A DNA stretch of 34,210 nucleotides from Dehalococcoidia bacterium (lineage in GTDB: Bacteria; Chloroflexota; Dehalococcoidia; SZUA-161). The stretch lies in contig JAZFSU010000142.1 of the NCBI GenBank assembly GCA_036446335.1, positions 1 through 34,210 of the forward strand, written 5' to 3'. The notes beneath the pieces were generated by a model. The model worked only from the letters and a program-made list of their open reading frames with translations. It was not told where the DNA came from and did not search any database. Below, piece by piece: positions 9,583-20,458 of the stretch. The translations under genes were made by a program, and so were the position numbers. How positions within the stretch are numbered: position 1 is the stretch's first letter; each line of letters begins with the position of its first letter.

Positions 9583-11007
9583 ATGCAGCCTCCAATCAAG
9601 TTCGGCACGGACGGCTGGCGCGGCATCATCGCCGAGGATTTCACTTTCGACAATGTGCGCGTCTGCGCTCAAGGGGTGGCGGACTACCTTCGCGATCGCG
9701 GCATCTCGTCCCAGGGACTACAGGTGGGCTATGACACCAGATTCGCCTCGGAGGATTTCGCCGTGGCGGTGGCTGAAGTGGCTGCGGCAAACGGAATTCG
9801 AGTGTCCCTCAACCCCAGGCCGGCTCCCACGCCCGTAATCAGCTACGCCATCGTGGCCAGGAAGGCGGCAGGCGGAGTAATCATCACCGCCAGCCACAAC
9901 CCGGGGGCCTGGAACGGGTTCAAGTACAAGCCGGAGTACGGAGGCAGCGCCTCACCCGAGGTGATCGCGGATCTGGAAAGGCACATCCACCGGATATTGG
10001 ACGGCGGGGACGTGAAGCGCCTCCCGCTTGCAGAAGGCCTGGAGCAAGGGTTGATCGAGTACTACGATCCGGCTCCGGGCTATCTAAGCCACATTGCCGA
10101 GCTTGTCGACATCGAGCGAATCCGTCAGGCAGGCTTCAAGATAGCTGTGGATTCCATGTTCGGGAGCGGATCGGGCTACTTCCGAGAGCTGTTGGCGGGC
10201 GGCAGTACCGAAGTCGTCGAGATCAACGCCGAGCGCAACCCCATCTTTCCCGGCATCAGACCGGAGCCCATTGCACAAAACCTCACAAAGCTCTCCGAGA
10301 CGATTCGAGAAACCGGGGCAGATATCGGGCTTGCCACTGACGGCGACTCAGACCGCATAGGCATTCTGGATGAAAACGGGGTCTTCATTACGCCGCTCCA
10401 GACCTTCGCGCTCCTTGCCCTGTACCTCCTGGAAACGCGCAAGGAGACAGGAGCCATCATAAAGTCGATAACCGCCACAGACATGGTCTACCGTCTGGGC
10501 GAGCTCTTCTCGGTGCCCGTGCACGAAATGCCGGTCGGGTTCAAGCACATCGGCCCCAAGATGATCGCCGAGAACGCACTCATTGGGGGCGAGGAGAGCG
10601 GCGGGTTCGGATTCCGAGGTCACATTCCAGAGCGCGACGGCATCCTGTCCGCACTCTACCTGCTCGACTTCATGGTCACAATGGACAAGAAGCCCTCCGA
10701 GATAATCAAGTATCTGTATGACAAGGTAGGACCCCATCACTACGAACGAATCGACATCGACTTTCCCCCGGATAAGAGAGAGACGATCGTCCAGCGGCTT
10801 GGGGATGCCAGACCCGGTCACATCGGCGAAACTGCGGTAGCCGATTCCGACACAATCGACGGTTTTCGCTATCGCCTCTGTGACGGCAGCTGGCTCCTGA
10901 TACGCCTCTCAGGAACAGAGCCCCTCCTCCGCATCTATGCTGAAAGCGACTCCATGGATCATGTGAGAAGGCTTCTTGAGGCAGGCAAGAAGCTCGCTGG
11001 CGTGTAG
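9583..11007 (+). CDS. Phosphomannomutase/phosphoglucomutase
   Basis: FGTDGWRG, TASHNP (phospho-Ser), DGDSDR (metal loop), GEESGG, RLSGTEPLLRIY. Confidence 0.93.
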   Translation: MQPPIKFGTDGWRGIIAEDFTFDNVRVCAQGVADYLRDRGISSQGLQVGYDTRFASEDFAVAVAEVAAANGIRVSLNPRPAPTPVISYAIVARKAAGGVIITASHNPGAWNGFKYKPEYGGSASPEVIADLERHIHRILDGGDVKRLPLAEGLEQGLIEYYDPAPGYLSHIAELVDIERIRQAGFKIAVDSMFGSGSGYFRELLAGGSTEVVEINAERNPIFPGIRPEPIAQNLTKLSETIRETGADIGLATDGDSDRIGILDENGVFITPLQTFALLALYLLETRKETGAIIKSITATDMVYRLGELFSVPVHEMPVGFKHIGPKMIAENALIGGEESGGFGFRGHIPERDGILSALYLLDFMVTMDKKPSEIIKYLYDKVGPHHYERIDIDFPPDKRETIVQRLGDARPGHIGETAVADSDTIDGFRYRLCDGSWLLIRLSGTEPLLRIYAESDSMDHVRRLLEAGKKLAGV

Positions 11008-11010
11008 GAC

Positions 11011-12072
11011 ATGATAGACCTCGACGATACCGACATCCACGAGCAACTCGACCCCTCCAACATGCGAGGCCGTATCATCGAGCTTCCCCAGCAGTGCCTG
11101 AAGGCATGGCAGCAGGCTCTCGACTTCGCATTGGCCTCGCATTATTCGTCTGTAGACAAGGTCATCATCCTGGGCATGGGCGGCTCCGCGATAGCGGGTG
11201 ACCTGCTCAGCGGCCTGATCGCTGGAGAGTGCAGAGTTCCCATCGTCGTGAATCGAGATTACGATTTGCCTCCGTTCGTGGACGCCAGTACACTGGTGAT
11301 TGCTTCCAGCTACTCAGGGATGACCGAAGAGACTCTTTCGGCATTTGAGCAAGCGTTGGCAACGCCAGCAAGGAAGATTGTCATTACCACGGGCGGCAGA
11401 TTGAAAGACCTCGCTGAACAGCGTGACATTCCGGTATTCTCCATTGGGTACACCGCCCCACCCCGAGCCGCACTCGCACACAGTCTCTTCCCGTTGCTTG
11501 GCATTTGCCAGAGTCTGGGCCTCATCAGCGACAAGACGGCGGACGTGGCGGAGACGGCAAGAGTCCTCGAGGACATGCAGACTACCCTTGGCACAGGCTG
11601 CTCCGAAGAAGTCAACGGAGCCAAACAACTTGCCAAGAAGCTGCACGGCCGCATAGTGGTCGTCTATGGAGGTGGCATCCTGGCGCCGGTGGCACAACGT
11701 TGGAAGACGCAGATAAACGAAAACAGCAAAGCGTGGGCGTTCTACGAGACATTTCCCGAACTGAATCACAATGCCGTGGTTGGATATGAGTTCCCTGACG
11801 ATATGGCACAGAGCATGTCAGTCGTAATGCTCCGATCTCGACGCCTTCATCCCCGGATTCTGCTCCGGTACCAAGTGACTTCCGAAATCCTCAGGAGGGC
11901 CAATGTCGGCCACGAACCGGTCGACGGGCTGGGCGAAAGCGCCCTCAGCCAGGTGATGAGCCTGGTGTTGCTGGGCGATTGGGTAAGCTACTATCTTGCC
12001 CTTCTCTATGAGACAGATCCCTCGCCGGTGGAGGCCATCAGCGAACTCAAGAAGCGGCTTGAGCAGTCCTGA
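11011..12072 (+). CDS. Bifunctional phosphoglucose/phosphomannose isomerase (SIS-domain PGI/PMI)
   Basis: [44 protein letters not shown]. Confidence 0.92.
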   Translation: MIDLDDTDIHEQLDPSNMRGRIIELPQQCLKAWQQALDFALASHYSSVDKVIILGMGGSAIAGDLLSGLIAGECRVPIVVNRDYDLPPFVDASTLVIASSYSGMTEETLSAFEQALATPARKIVITTGGRLKDLAEQRDIPVFSIGYTAPPRAALAHSLFPLLGICQSLGLISDKTADVAETARVLEDMQTTLGTGCSEEVNGAKQLAKKLHGRIVVVYGGGILAPVAQRWKTQINENSKAWAFYETFPELNHNAVVGYEFPDDMAQSMSVVMLRSRRLHPRILLRYQVTSEILRRANVGHEPVDGLGESALSQVMSLVLLGDWVSYYLALLYETDPSPVEAISELKKRLEQS

Positions 12073-12227
12073 GGGAGGTCAGCGCAGCAATTTGGCATAG
12101 CCCGGCATCCTCCGCTACATGTGACTCCGCAGAGCATGAGCAAAGCCCCATCGGCGGCCAATTCTTCGGCAAGTGCAACCGCAGACTACAGCAAGAGCCA
12201 CTCGGACAACAGTTTGATGTCGTTGGG

Positions 12228-12268
12228 CAAAAAGAAATCAGGGTGTCTGTTTCCCAGACACCCTGATT
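12228..12268 (-). terminator. Rho-independent terminator of the ribosomal superoperon
   Basis: 14-bp perfect stem (12236-12249/12255-12268) followed on the minus strand by TCTTTTTG, ~50 nt after the rpsI stop. Confidence 0.88.
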
Positions 12269-12317
12269 CGATTCCTCTCTGATGCAGCTTGCTGCTGTCC
12301 GTTCGCTCTTACGAGGC

Positions 12318-12713
12318 CTATCTCTTTCTGTACTGGCGCGCCTTGCGAGCTCTCCTCAGTCCATACTTTTGTCGTTCCTTGACCCTTGCGTCCCTCGTGA
12401 GCAGCCCGTAGCCGCGAAGCGTTCTCCTGAAATTCTCATCCATTCTGACCAGCGCCCTGCTGATGCCGTGGCCGATGGCTCCCGCCTGAGACACAACGCC
12501 CCCACCCGCGACCTTGACCACCACATTCAGCCCGTCCATAGTGTTCGTCACTTTGAGCGGCTCGCTAATGGTAGCTTGCAGCCGTTTCACCCCGAACACC
12601 TCTTCGAAGGGCTTGCCATTCACAATGATGGCACCGTTGCCCGACATTATCCTGACCTGTGCAATCGCGCACTTTCGTTTTCCGGTGCCATAGAAATAGC
12701 CTTGTTCGCTCAA
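12318..12713 (-). CDS. rpsI: 30S ribosomal protein S9
   Basis: YFYGTGKRK...GGGVVSQAGAI...LLTRDAR.KER; TTG start with AAGGAGG RBS. Confidence 0.96.
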   Translation of the reverse strand: MSEQGYFYGTGKRKCAIAQVRIMSGNGAIIVNGKPFEEVFGVKRLQATISEPLKVTNTMDGLNVVVKVAGGGVVSQAGAIGHGISRALVRMDENFRRTLRGYGLLTRDARVKERQKYGLRRARKARQYRKR

Positions 12714-12714
12714 G

Positions 12715-13149
12715 CTAAGCCTCCTTCTCGATCCCTGACCCGGCCTGGGACTGATGCGGATGGTCAGCCCCCGCATAGACCCTGAGCTTCTTGAACATGG
12801 CACTGCCCAGCCTATTGTGCGGCAACATGCCCTTGACCGCATACTCGATAGCCCGCGTGGGATGGATGCCCATCATCTTGCCCAAGGTTGTGCTCTTCAG
12901 TCCGCCCGGATAATTGGAATGCCGATAGTACACTTTCTGATCTAACTTGCGCCCCGTCACCCTGACCTTGGACGCATTCACGATAATAACATGGTCCCCA
13001 ACATCGAGATGGGGCGAGTAGATCGGCTTGTGCTTCCCCGCAAGAATTCTCGCCACGTCGGACGCCAACCTGCCCAATGTTTTGTCGGTGGCATCAATAA
13101 CCCACCACTTGCGCTCGATGTCGGAGGCCTTAGTACTATAAGTTTTCAT
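12715..13149 (-). CDS. rplM: 50S ribosomal protein L13
   Basis: WWVIDA...LGRLAS...GKHKP.YSPH.D.GD...AVKGMLP. Confidence 0.97.
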   Translation of the reverse strand: MKTYSTKASDIERKWWVIDATDKTLGRLASDVARILAGKHKPIYSPHLDVGDHVIIVNASKVRVTGRKLDQKVYYRHSNYPGGLKSTTLGKMMGIHPTRAIEYAVKGMLPHNRLGSAMFKKLRVYAGADHPHQSQAGSGIEKEA

Positions 13150-13921
13150 CCAGCTGTCCTCTGCTGAGTTTATACTCCGGATAGTTGACTTTCACGAGAC
13201 AAAGACCGTGAGCGGGCGCAGCCCACGCAGCCAATCCAGGCCTCTTCGCCTGGAGTATTTCTCGGAATCTCTCCACCGAAAGCTTGCCCAACCCCACCCT
13301 CATCAGGCACCCAACCGTGAGACGCACTTGCCTCGGCAAGAAAGCATTGGCCACCATGTCAAATAATAGAAGCTCCCCGATTCTTGACACAACAGCTTTG
13401 GAGACGATGCGAGTCGTCCCACCTTTCATGGGAGTCGCAAACGAGGCAAGATCATGCGTCCCCACGAGTGACTGGCTTGCCTCATTCATGGCTTCACTGT
13501 TCAACATCTGCGGCACAAAACAAGCATCCCTTCGCCGCAAAGGTGAAGGAGTCGGCCTGTTTAGGATCGTATAGCGATATTCCCGGCCTATAGCATCCCT
13601 CCTGGCACTGAAATCGGCGTCCACCTCTCTCCCTTCCCTGACAGCAATATCCGGTCGAAGGTAGAAATTCAGGGCCCTGACCAGGGTCTGAAGGGACATA
13701 GTCGACAAAACCCCAAAACTGACAACCTGTCCCTTGGCATGAACCCCGGCGTCAGTGCGACCAGCGCCGGTAATCCGTATCCTCTCTCCCGTCACCCGCG
13801 CCAGAGCGCGCTCTATGTTCCCCTGAATCGTGGGCACGCCCACCTGCACCTGAAACCCATGGTACCTTGACCCATCATACTCAACAACCAGAGCCAGCTT
13901 CCTGTATGACCGCGCCAGCAT
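13136..13921 (-). CDS. truA: tRNA pseudouridine(38-40) synthase
   Basis: [35 protein letters not shown]. Confidence 0.95.
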   Translation of the reverse strand: MLARSYRKLALVVEYDGSRYHGFQVQVGVPTIQGNIERALARVTGERIRITGAGRTDAGVHAKGQVVSFGVLSTMSLQTLVRALNFYLRPDIAVREGREVDADFSARRDAIGREYRYTILNRPTPSPLRRRDACFVPQMLNSEAMNEASQSLVGTHDLASFATPMKGGTTRIVSKAVVSRIGELLLFDMVANAFLPRQVRLTVGCLMRVGLGKLSVERFREILQAKRPGLAAWAAPAHGLCLVKVNYPEYKLSRGQLDENL

Positions 13922-14272
13922 CTAGACAAGTTCCAACTGCACCATGGAGGCGCCATCCCCCAATCGAGGGCCTAGTTTGACCGATCGCGTGTAGCCTCCA
14001 GCACGATCTGCATACCTGGGCCCGAACTCCGTGAACACCTTGTCAATGACCTTCTTGTCAGTGACAAAAGCAAGTGCCTGTCGGCGCGCATGCAGGGTCC
14101 CCTGCTTGCCCAAGGTGATCATCTTCTCCGCCAGCGGACGCGTCTCCTTGGCCTTTGCCTCTGTCGTGACGATCTTCTCGTAGCGCAGCAAATCGCCCAC
14201 CAAGTTCTTGTAAAGGGCCTTCCTGTGACCACTCGTCCTGGAGAGCCTCCGCCCGGCTATCCTATGTCTCAT
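13922..14272 (-). CDS. rplQ: 50S ribosomal protein L17
   Basis: MRHR..GR.L.R...[23 protein letters not shown]. Confidence 0.97.
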   Translation of the reverse strand: MRHRIAGRRLSRTSGHRKALYKNLVGDLLRYEKIVTTEAKAKETRPLAEKMITLGKQGTLHARRQALAFVTDKKVIDKVFTEFGPRYADRAGGYTRSVKLGPRLGDGASMVQLELV

Positions 14273-14309
14273 CTTCTCCTCACTTGACCACGACCTTCCG
14301 CAAGCGCAA

Positions 14310-15338
14310 CTAGTCCTCCACCTCGTCTGGCTCTTGCTCCACCGCCACCTCTTTTTCCACCGCTTCCGGATCGCCGCTGTTCATGTCATCAGTGGCTGCT
14401 TCTCCCTCCTCGTCTTGAGGCTCGGGAAGCAAGTTAAGCTTCTCAAGTCGATCCCATACTTCCTGCAGAGATTTCTGCCCGAAACTCCTCAACCCAAGCA
14501 AGTCCTCCTTGTTCTTCTCCAGAAGCTCCCCGACCTTCGTGATGCCGCTTCGGCGCAGGGAGTTGAAGGTGCGCGCGGAGAGCTCAAGCTGCTCCAAGGG
14601 CACCTCGTACTGTTCCGGCGGTATCGCCGGCGCAGCGGGCTTCTCACCTTCTGCGGGAGCCTTGCCCAAGTCACAGAAGAGCGCGTAATGCTCTGACAGA
14701 ATAACAGCGCTCTGAGAAAGCGCTTCGATTGGCGTGATGGTTCCGTCGGTCCAGACTTCCAGCACCAGCCGATCGAAGTTGCTCTCCTGTCCAACGCGCG
14801 TTTTCTCAACAGCGTAGTTCACCTTCCGGACCGGCGTGAAGATGGCATCCACCGGAATCACCCCAATAGGCAAGCCATCTCCGTGGCTGGCTGGCACGTA
14901 TCCCTTGCCCTGTTCTACATAGAAGACAACGCTGAGCTGCGCATCTGTCGAGTCAAGCGTAGCTAGATGCAGTTCGGGGTTGATGACCTCGAAATCAGGT
15001 GAAGGCTTGATGTCGCCGGCACACACAGCTCCCTCGCCCTCGGCCTCCAAAAACATCCTGCCAGACCGATCGGCCAAGACCTTGAGTCGCAACTCCTTGA
15101 CGCTGAGAATGAACTCTACCACATCTTCCTTGACATGGGGAATAGTCGTGAACTCGTGCTGCACACCCTCGACCTTGACAGCAGTCACCGCGGCCCCGGG
15201 AAGCGCGCTGAGGAGCACGCGGCGTAGGCTGTTGCCCAAAGTTATCCCGAAGCCAGGCGCCAGCGGCTCAACAACAAACCTCCCGTACTTCTCGGAGGTC
15301 TCCTCACATTCCACTTTGGGGGTTTCCACCTGCAGCAA
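14310..15338 (-). CDS. rpoA: RNA polymerase alpha subunit
   Basis: [35 protein letters not shown], alpha-CTD LELSAR..NSL; acidic tail; TTG start. Confidence 0.97.
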   Translation of the reverse strand: MLQVETPKVECEETSEKYGRFVVEPLAPGFGITLGNSLRRVLLSALPGAAVTAVKVEGVQHEFTTIPHVKEDVVEFILSVKELRLKVLADRSGRMFLEAEGEGAVCAGDIKPSPDFEVINPELHLATLDSTDAQLSVVFYVEQGKGYVPASHGDGLPIGVIPVDAIFTPVRKVNYAVEKTRVGQESNFDRLVLEVWTDGTITPIEALSQSAVILSEHYALFCDLGKAPAEGEKPAAPAIPPEQYEVPLEQLELSARTFNSLRRSGITKVGELLEKNKEDLLGLRSFGQKSLQEVWDRLEKLNLLPEPQDEEGEAATDDMNSGDPEAVEKEVAVEQEPDEVED

Positions 15339-15370
15339 CGCACTTCCTCCTCAGATTATCAGTTGAACGC

Positions 15371-15997
15371 TCACCGCGAGTAAAACTCTACTATGAGCCG
15401 CTCATTAATGGCAGACTCGATCTCGCCGCGTGACGGGAGAGTGACTACCCGGCCGGTCATGGCCTCTCGATCCAAACTGAGCCAGCCTGGGATAACCTTG
15501 CTATCGATGTCCTGAGCCGCCGCCTGACACGGCGCAAGCTTGGAGCTTCGCACCTCCCACGCAATGACGTCTCCGGACTTGATCTGGTACGACGGGATAT
15601 AGGTCCTACGACCGTTCACAGTGGTATGGCCATGCTGCACCAGCTGCCTGGCCTGTCGGCGTGACTCAGCAAAACCCAACCGAAAAACGGCGCTGTCGAG
15701 TCTCGTCTCCAGTAGCTGCAGCAGGTTCTCCCCACTGAGCCCAGGACGTCTCTCAGCCTCAGCGAAGTACTTCCGAAACTGACGCTCCAAAACCCCATAG
15801 ACGAAGCGTGCCTTCTGCTTCTCCTTCAACTGAAGGCTGTACTCCGAGACTCTGCGGCGAGAGACTCCATGTTGCCCTGGTGGCGAGTGGCGCCGATCCA
15901 CAGCGCATTTCGGCGTGAGACACCTCGCCCCCTTCAGCATGAGCTTCTCGCCCTGGCGCCTGCAGATCCGGCAAGCGGGCCCCGTATAGCGGGCCAT
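15371..15997 (-). CDS. rpsD: 30S ribosomal protein S4 (Zn-binding form)
   Basis: MARYTGP.CRICRR...C...KC, PGQHG, SEYS.QL.EKQK, IVEFYSR. Confidence 0.97.
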   Translation of the reverse strand: MARYTGPACRICRRQGEKLMLKGARCLTPKCAVDRRHSPPGQHGVSRRRVSEYSLQLKEKQKARFVYGVLERQFRKYFAEAERRPGLSGENLLQLLETRLDSAVFRLGFAESRRQARQLVQHGHTTVNGRRTYIPSYQIKSGDVIAWEVRSSKLAPCQAAAQDIDSKVIPGWLSLDREAMTGRVVTLPSRGEIESAINERLIVEFYSR

Positions 15998-16009
15998 TTT
16001 GAACCTCCT

Positions 16010-16402
16010 CTAGATCCGTCTCCGGTTCGGAGGACGGCACCCGTTGTGCGGGACAGGCGTAACATCCCTGATGCTGCTGATGTTGAGACCAGCGGCCTGG
16101 AGTGAACGGATTGCGGCCTCTCGGCCACTGCCCGGGCCCTTTACAAACACGTCGATCTGACGCAGGCCATGCTCCATCCCCCGTTTCGCAGCAGTCTCGG
16201 CTGCCCTCTGAGCAGCATAGGCTGTACCCTTGCGCGAGCCCTTGAACCCGACGGTACCCGAACTGCCCCAAGCAATCACGTTGCCCTGGGGGTCTGTCAG
16301 GGTAATAATCGTATTGTTGAAAGTTGACTGAATGTAGGCCTTTCCTCTCGGAACTGCCTTCCTCTCCCGCCTCTTAAGCCGAGATGACTTCTTCTTCGCC
16401 AT
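16010..16402 (-). CDS. rpsK: 30S ribosomal protein S11
   Basis: [33 protein letters not shown]. Confidence 0.97.
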   Translation of the reverse strand: MAKKKSSRLKRRERKAVPRGKAYIQSTFNNTIITLTDPQGNVIAWGSSGTVGFKGSRKGTAYAAQRAAETAAKRGMEHGLRQIDVFVKGPGSGREAAIRSLQAAGLNISSIRDVTPVPHNGCRPPNRRRI

Positions 16403-16415
16403 TGATTGCCTCCGC

Positions 16416-16805
16416 TTACTTCTTGGTCATACCGCGGCGCCTGCCCCTGCCGGCTACCGTCCTGCGAGCTCCCCGCTTGGTCCGAGCATTGGTCTTCGTA
16501 CGCTGTCCACGAACGGGCAGCCCATGCCGATGCCTGAGACCGCGATAGCAGCCGATATCTATGAGCCGCTTGATATTGAGATTGACCTCTTTCCTGAGAT
16601 CGCCTTCAACCATATGGCCTTTGTCGATCGCCTCGCGGATACGGTTCACCTCATCGTCGGTGAGATCCTTGACCCTGACATCGGCACTTACGCCCACCTG
16701 AGCCAGAACCTTGCGGCTGACCGCGGGGCCAATGCCATAAATGTAGCGCAAGGAAATCTCCACCCGCTTGTTCTTGGGTATGTCTACGCCGGCTATCCTA
16801 GCCAT
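16416..16805 (-). CDS. rpsM: 30S ribosomal protein S13
   Basis: [30 protein letters not shown]. Confidence 0.97.
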   Translation of the reverse strand: MARIAGVDIPKNKRVEISLRYIYGIGPAVSRKVLAQVGVSADVRVKDLTDDEVNRIREAIDKGHMVEGDLRKEVNLNIKRLIDIGCYRGLRHRHGLPVRGQRTKTNARTKRGARRTVAGRGRRRGMTKK

Positions 16806-16821
16806 TCCGCCTCCTGAAGAA

Positions 16822-16935
16822 CTAGCCCTGCCTTTGCTTATGCCTCGGGTTTGTGCAGATAATTCTTACTACGCCTTTGCGCTTCACGACCCTGCATTTA
16901 TCGCATCGCGCCTTGACCGAAGCTTTCACCTTCAT
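16822..16935 (-). CDS. rpmJ: 50S ribosomal protein L36 (37 aa, Zn-binding form)
   Basis: Hand translation [37 protein letters not shown]; absent from the ORF track. Confidence 0.96.
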   Translation of the reverse strand: MKVKASVKARCDKCRVVKRKGVVRIICTNPRHKQRQG

Positions 16936-16965
16936 CGTATCCACCACAACCGTTAGTCGATGTCG

Positions 16966-17184
16966 CTACTTAAAGCGATACGTGATCCTACCCCGTGACA
17001 GGTCATATGGCGACAGCTCCACCAATACCCTGTCACCACGCAATATCCTGATATAATGAAGCCTCATCTTTCCCGAAGCATGTGCCAATACCAGGTGCCC
17101 GTTGGCAAGCTCCACACGGAACATAGCATTGGGCAGCGGTTCAAGCACTGTTCCCTCAACCTCAATCGCTTCTTTTTTTGCCAC
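16966..17184 (-). CDS. infA: Translation initiation factor IF-1
   Basis: (M)[24 protein letters not shown]...SGKMR...RGRITYR; GTG at 17184 (alternative 17199). Confidence 0.95.
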   Translation of the reverse strand: MAKKEAIEVEGTVLEPLPNAMFRVELANGHLVLAHASGKMRLHYIRILRGDRVLVELSPYDLSRGRITYRFK

Positions 17185-17214
17185 AGGCTCCGGTATCACC
17201 CTTTCCGAGAGACT

Positions 17215-17985
17215 TCACAGCTGAGTTAGTATCTCTGAACCGTTCTCGCCGACGGCAATCGTGTGCTCGAAGTGAGCGGAAAGCCTGCCATCGACAGTAG
17301 TAACTGTCCAGCCATTATCATTTAGCTTGGTGCGCCATACACCTGCATTGATCATGGGCTCCAAAGCCATAGTCATGCCCTTCTGCAGCACAGGCCCTTC
17401 CCCTGCTACGCCGAAATTCGGCACCTGCGGTTCCTCATGCAGCTCCCGGCCGATTCCATGTCCGACGTACTCTCTCACAACCGAGTAGTCCCTCGATTCA
17501 GCGTACGACTGGATCGCTGCGGACACATCCCCCAACCTGGCGCCGACTTGAGCCGCTGCGATGCCCGCTTCCAAGGCCCCGCTTGCGACATCAATGATCT
17601 CTTGAGCCTCAGTGCTGATCCTCCCCACACCCACTGTCGCAGCCGCGTCGCCATGGAAACTGTTCAATATCGCGCCAAAGTCAAGGGATACTATATCGCC
17701 CTCCTTCAACACCCGCGGGCCCGGGATTCCGTGAACCACTTCTTCGTTCAGAGACGTGCACACGGAAGCTGGAAAGCCCCGGTAGTTCTTGAACGAAGCG
17801 ATAGCACCGCGCCTCCCGACCTCACGAACGGCGATTTCGTCCAAGTCCTCTGTGCTCACCCCAGGCCTCACCTCTCTGGAAAGCGCCTCAACCACAGCAG
17901 CCACGATCTGTCCCACCTCACGCATGAGAGCGATCTCTCGCTCCGATTTCAGAACTATTCCCACGTCCTGCCTAATCTCGAGCAT
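17215..17985 (-). CDS. map: Methionine aminopeptidase type I
   Basis: S.NEEVVHGIP, GDIVSLD, HGD, GHGIG..LHEEP, EPM, SAHFEHT; alternative GTG start at 17964. Confidence 0.95.
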   Translation of the reverse strand: MLEIRQDVGIVLKSEREIALMREVGQIVAAVVEALSREVRPGVSTEDLDEIAVREVGRRGAIASFKNYRGFPASVCTSLNEEVVHGIPGPRVLKEGDIVSLDFGAILNSFHGDAAATVGVGRISTEAQEIIDVASGALEAGIAAAQVGARLGDVSAAIQSYAESRDYSVVREYVGHGIGRELHEEPQVPNFGVAGEGPVLQKGMTMALEPMINAGVWRTKLNDNGWTVTTVDGRLSAHFEHTIAVGENGSEILTQL

Positions 17986-17986
17986 C

Positions 17987-18637
17987 CTATCCTTGGCCTG
18001 CGATAGCAGCGACCAAGTCCCCGGTCACCGGTTCAATCGCCCTCTCACCCTCGATCTCCGTCAACTTGCCAGCCTCGGTATAGTATTCTATGAGAGGCAT
18101 AGTCTGGGCGAAATAGACCTCAAGTCGCTTCCTCGCGGTCTCCTCGGTGTCGTCGGCCCGCTGATAGAGCTCGCCTCCACATTGATCGCATCTACCAGCC
18201 ACCTTCGGAGGCATCTCCACCGCATTATAGGGCGCCTGACAGCTGCGACATATCCATCGCCCGCCGAGACGCCTCAACAACTCCTCATCGGACACCTTGA
18301 TATACAGAACCTTGTCGATCCCCCTCCCCCCTTCCGCCAGTGCCTCGTCCAGAGCCCTCGCCTGATCCAGCGTCCTGGGAAACCCATCCAAGAGAAACCC
18401 CATGGCGCAATCAGGAGCCGCAATCCTACCGAGTATCATCTTGACCGTGACTTCGTCCGGAACCAAAAGACCTTTCTCCATGTAGGACTTGGCAACCTTC
18501 CCTAACTCGCTGCCGCCCTCCTGCTCCTGGCGAAAAAGGTCTCCAGAGGCAATGTGAGCCAGCCCAAGCTGTCGAGAAATAGAGACTGCCTGAGTTCCCT
18601 TGCCCGCTCCAGGAGCCCCCAACAGGATCACACGCAT
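17987..18637 (-). CDS. adk: Adenylate kinase (Zn-LID type)
   Basis: MRVILLGAPGAGKGTQ, GFLLDGFPRT, LID CxxC...CxxC, QRADD; GGAG RBS before ATG 18637. Confidence 0.96.
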   Translation of the reverse strand: MRVILLGAPGAGKGTQAVSISRQLGLAHIASGDLFRQEQEGGSELGKVAKSYMEKGLLVPDEVTVKMILGRIAAPDCAMGFLLDGFPRTLDQARALDEALAEGGRGIDKVLYIKVSDEELLRRLGGRWICRSCQAPYNAVEMPPKVAGRCDQCGGELYQRADDTEETARKRLEVYFAQTMPLIEYYTEAGKLTEIEGERAIEPVTGDLVAAIAGQG

Positions 18638-18653
18638 TTGAATCTCCATTTGA

Positions 18654-19994
18654 TCACTTGAGGAACCCCTCATACTGCCTCATGAGCAGCTGCCCCTCGA
18701 TCTGCCTCATCGTATCCAGGACGACGCCCACAACGATCAGCAGGCCCGCACTGGAGATGAGCATCAGGCTGGTGCTCTGCCCTCCCATCAGCCCCCGGGA
18801 GAGCAGGGGCACCACCGCCACGAAACCGAGGAAGAACGCCCCCCCCCAGGTGATGCGGACGATGACCTTGTTCAAATACTCAGCTGTGTGGCGCCCTGGG
18901 CGGATTCCGGGCACAAAGCCCCCCTGTTTCTGCAACGTCTCTGCGAGATTCTGCTGCTGAAAGAGCACCAGAGTATAGAAGAAAGTGAAACCCACGACAA
19001 GAAGAAACAGGAGCGCCCAGTAGATGTATCCGTCAGGATTGAACAGGGTATTGACAACATCGGCTCCGCCAGACACAAACGAACTGCTCGAGCCTATGAA
19101 ATAGCTGGCGATAGTTGCCGGGAACATCAACAGAGCATAGGCAAAAATCAATGGAATCATCCCGGCCGCGGCTACTTTGAGCGGAATGTGGGTACCACCG
19201 CTTTGCCTATACATCTTACCGCCGCGAAACATGCTGCGAGAGTACTGAACAGGTATGCGTCTCACCGCCTCGGTGACAAACACGATCAAGAAGGCGATGG
19301 CCAGCAGTAGGATGACTAGCATGATAATACCACCGGCACCAGCAGCCTCCTGACTCCTCCAGATGTTTGTGGGCAGCCCCGAGACAATGCCGCCGAAGAT
19401 TATGATAGATATGCCGTTTCCTATCCCGTTCTCCGTGATGCGCTCCCCAAGCCAAACAAGGAACACAGTCCCCGCCACCATCGACAGCAGCATGGCTGCG
19501 GTGGGCAACAATGCGTCTCCCGTCAGACCGATCCTGACTCCAGGATCGAAAACCCCCTCCCTCTGGAAGAGAATAAGTTGCCCGTAGCCCTGCATCAGAG
19601 CCAAAGGCACAAGCAAGTAGTGTGTATACTGGTTCAGCTTCTTTCGCCCTGCTTCTCCCTCCCGCGACAGCGCCTGGAGGCGCGGGACGACAGGCACCAG
19701 AAGTTGCATGATAATCGAGGCGGTAATGTAGGGATAGACCCCCATCGCAGCTATGCTCAAGTTCCTCATAGCCCCGCCGCTGAACATGTCCAGCATGCCC
19801 AGAAGTGCGCTGCCATCAAACAGGGCTCTCAAGGCATCAGTATCAACGCCCGGCACCGGAACGTGAGCCACAAAGCGAAAGATGACCAGCATGGCAAAGG
19901 TAAAGAGTAGTTTCGCCCTCAGGTCAGGCAGGCTGAAGGCGTGAATAGTCGCCTGCAGCAACTTTGGCATAGGGCTTTTCTGTGGTTGTCGCAC
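18654..19994 (-). CDS. secY: Preprotein translocase subunit SecY
   Basis: HVPVPG, SIAAMGVYPYITASII.QLL, WLGE.IT..GIGNG.S, IPLK, PGIRPG, LLIVVGV..DT; multiple TM segments. Confidence 0.97.
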   Translation of the reverse strand: MRQPQKSPMPKLLQATIHAFSLPDLRAKLLFTFAMLVIFRFVAHVPVPGVDTDALRALFDGSALLGMLDMFSGGAMRNLSIAAMGVYPYITASIIMQLLVPVVPRLQALSREGEAGRKKLNQYTHYLLVPLALMQGYGQLILFQREGVFDPGVRIGLTGDALLPTAAMLLSMVAGTVFLVWLGERITENGIGNGISIIIFGGIVSGLPTNIWRSQEAAGAGGIIMLVILLLAIAFLIVFVTEAVRRIPVQYSRSMFRGGKMYRQSGGTHIPLKVAAAGMIPLIFAYALLMFPATIASYFIGSSSSFVSGGADVVNTLFNPDGYIYWALLFLLVVGFTFFYTLVLFQQQNLAETLQKQGGFVPGIRPGRHTAEYLNKVIVRITWGGAFFLGFVAVVPLLSRGLMGGQSTSLMLISSAGLLIVVGVVLDTMRQIEGQLLMRQYEGFLK

Positions 19995-20011
19995 GTTCGC
20001 GGCCTCTCCCC

Positions 20012-20455
20012 CTAAATCCCCTCTGCTCGTCCGCCTATGGCTTCAATCTTCTTCCTGGCTGACTGCGAGAACTTGTTGGCCCTCACAACCAAGGGGTGCC
20101 GGAGTTCCCCCACGCCAAGCACCTTGACCGGTCTCCCCGGCGAGGACACCAGCCCGGCAGCAGCCAACTCCTTCGGGGTGACTTCGGCACCCTCGTCAAA
20201 CACCCGCAGGCTGCGCAGGTTGACGACGGCATAATCAATCTTGAAGATATTGGTGAAGCCGCGCGTGCGAGGCAGTCGCTTCACAAGTGGAGTCTGCCCA
20301 CCCTCAAATCGCAGACCGACTCCTCCCCCGGAGCGCGCCTTCTGCCCTTTGCATCCTCGGCAGGCATAAGTGCCATGCCCGCTCCCGACACCTCGACCAA
20401 TCCGCTTTCTTCTGGATCTTGATCCCGCTGCTGGCCTGAGTTCGTTTTGCCTCAT
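20012..20455 (-). CDS. rplO: 50S ribosomal protein L15
   Basis: RIGRG.GSG.G...RG.KGQKARSG, FEGGQTPL..RLP. Confidence 0.97.
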   Translation of the reverse strand: MRQNELRPAAGSRSRRKRIGRGVGSGHGTYACRGCKGQKARSGGGVGLRFEGGQTPLVKRLPRTRGFTNIFKIDYAVVNLRSLRVFDEGAEVTPKELAAAGLVSSPGRPVKVLGVGELRHPLVVRANKFSQSARKKIEAIGGRAEGI

Positions 20456-20458
20456 CTC

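Noticed and set aside
12163-12189. Minus-strand GTAG followed by imperfect palindrome TCTGCGG...CCGAAGA, possible REP
   Set aside because: The stem sequence does not match the two elements at the RAYT gene and is weak enough to arise by chance.
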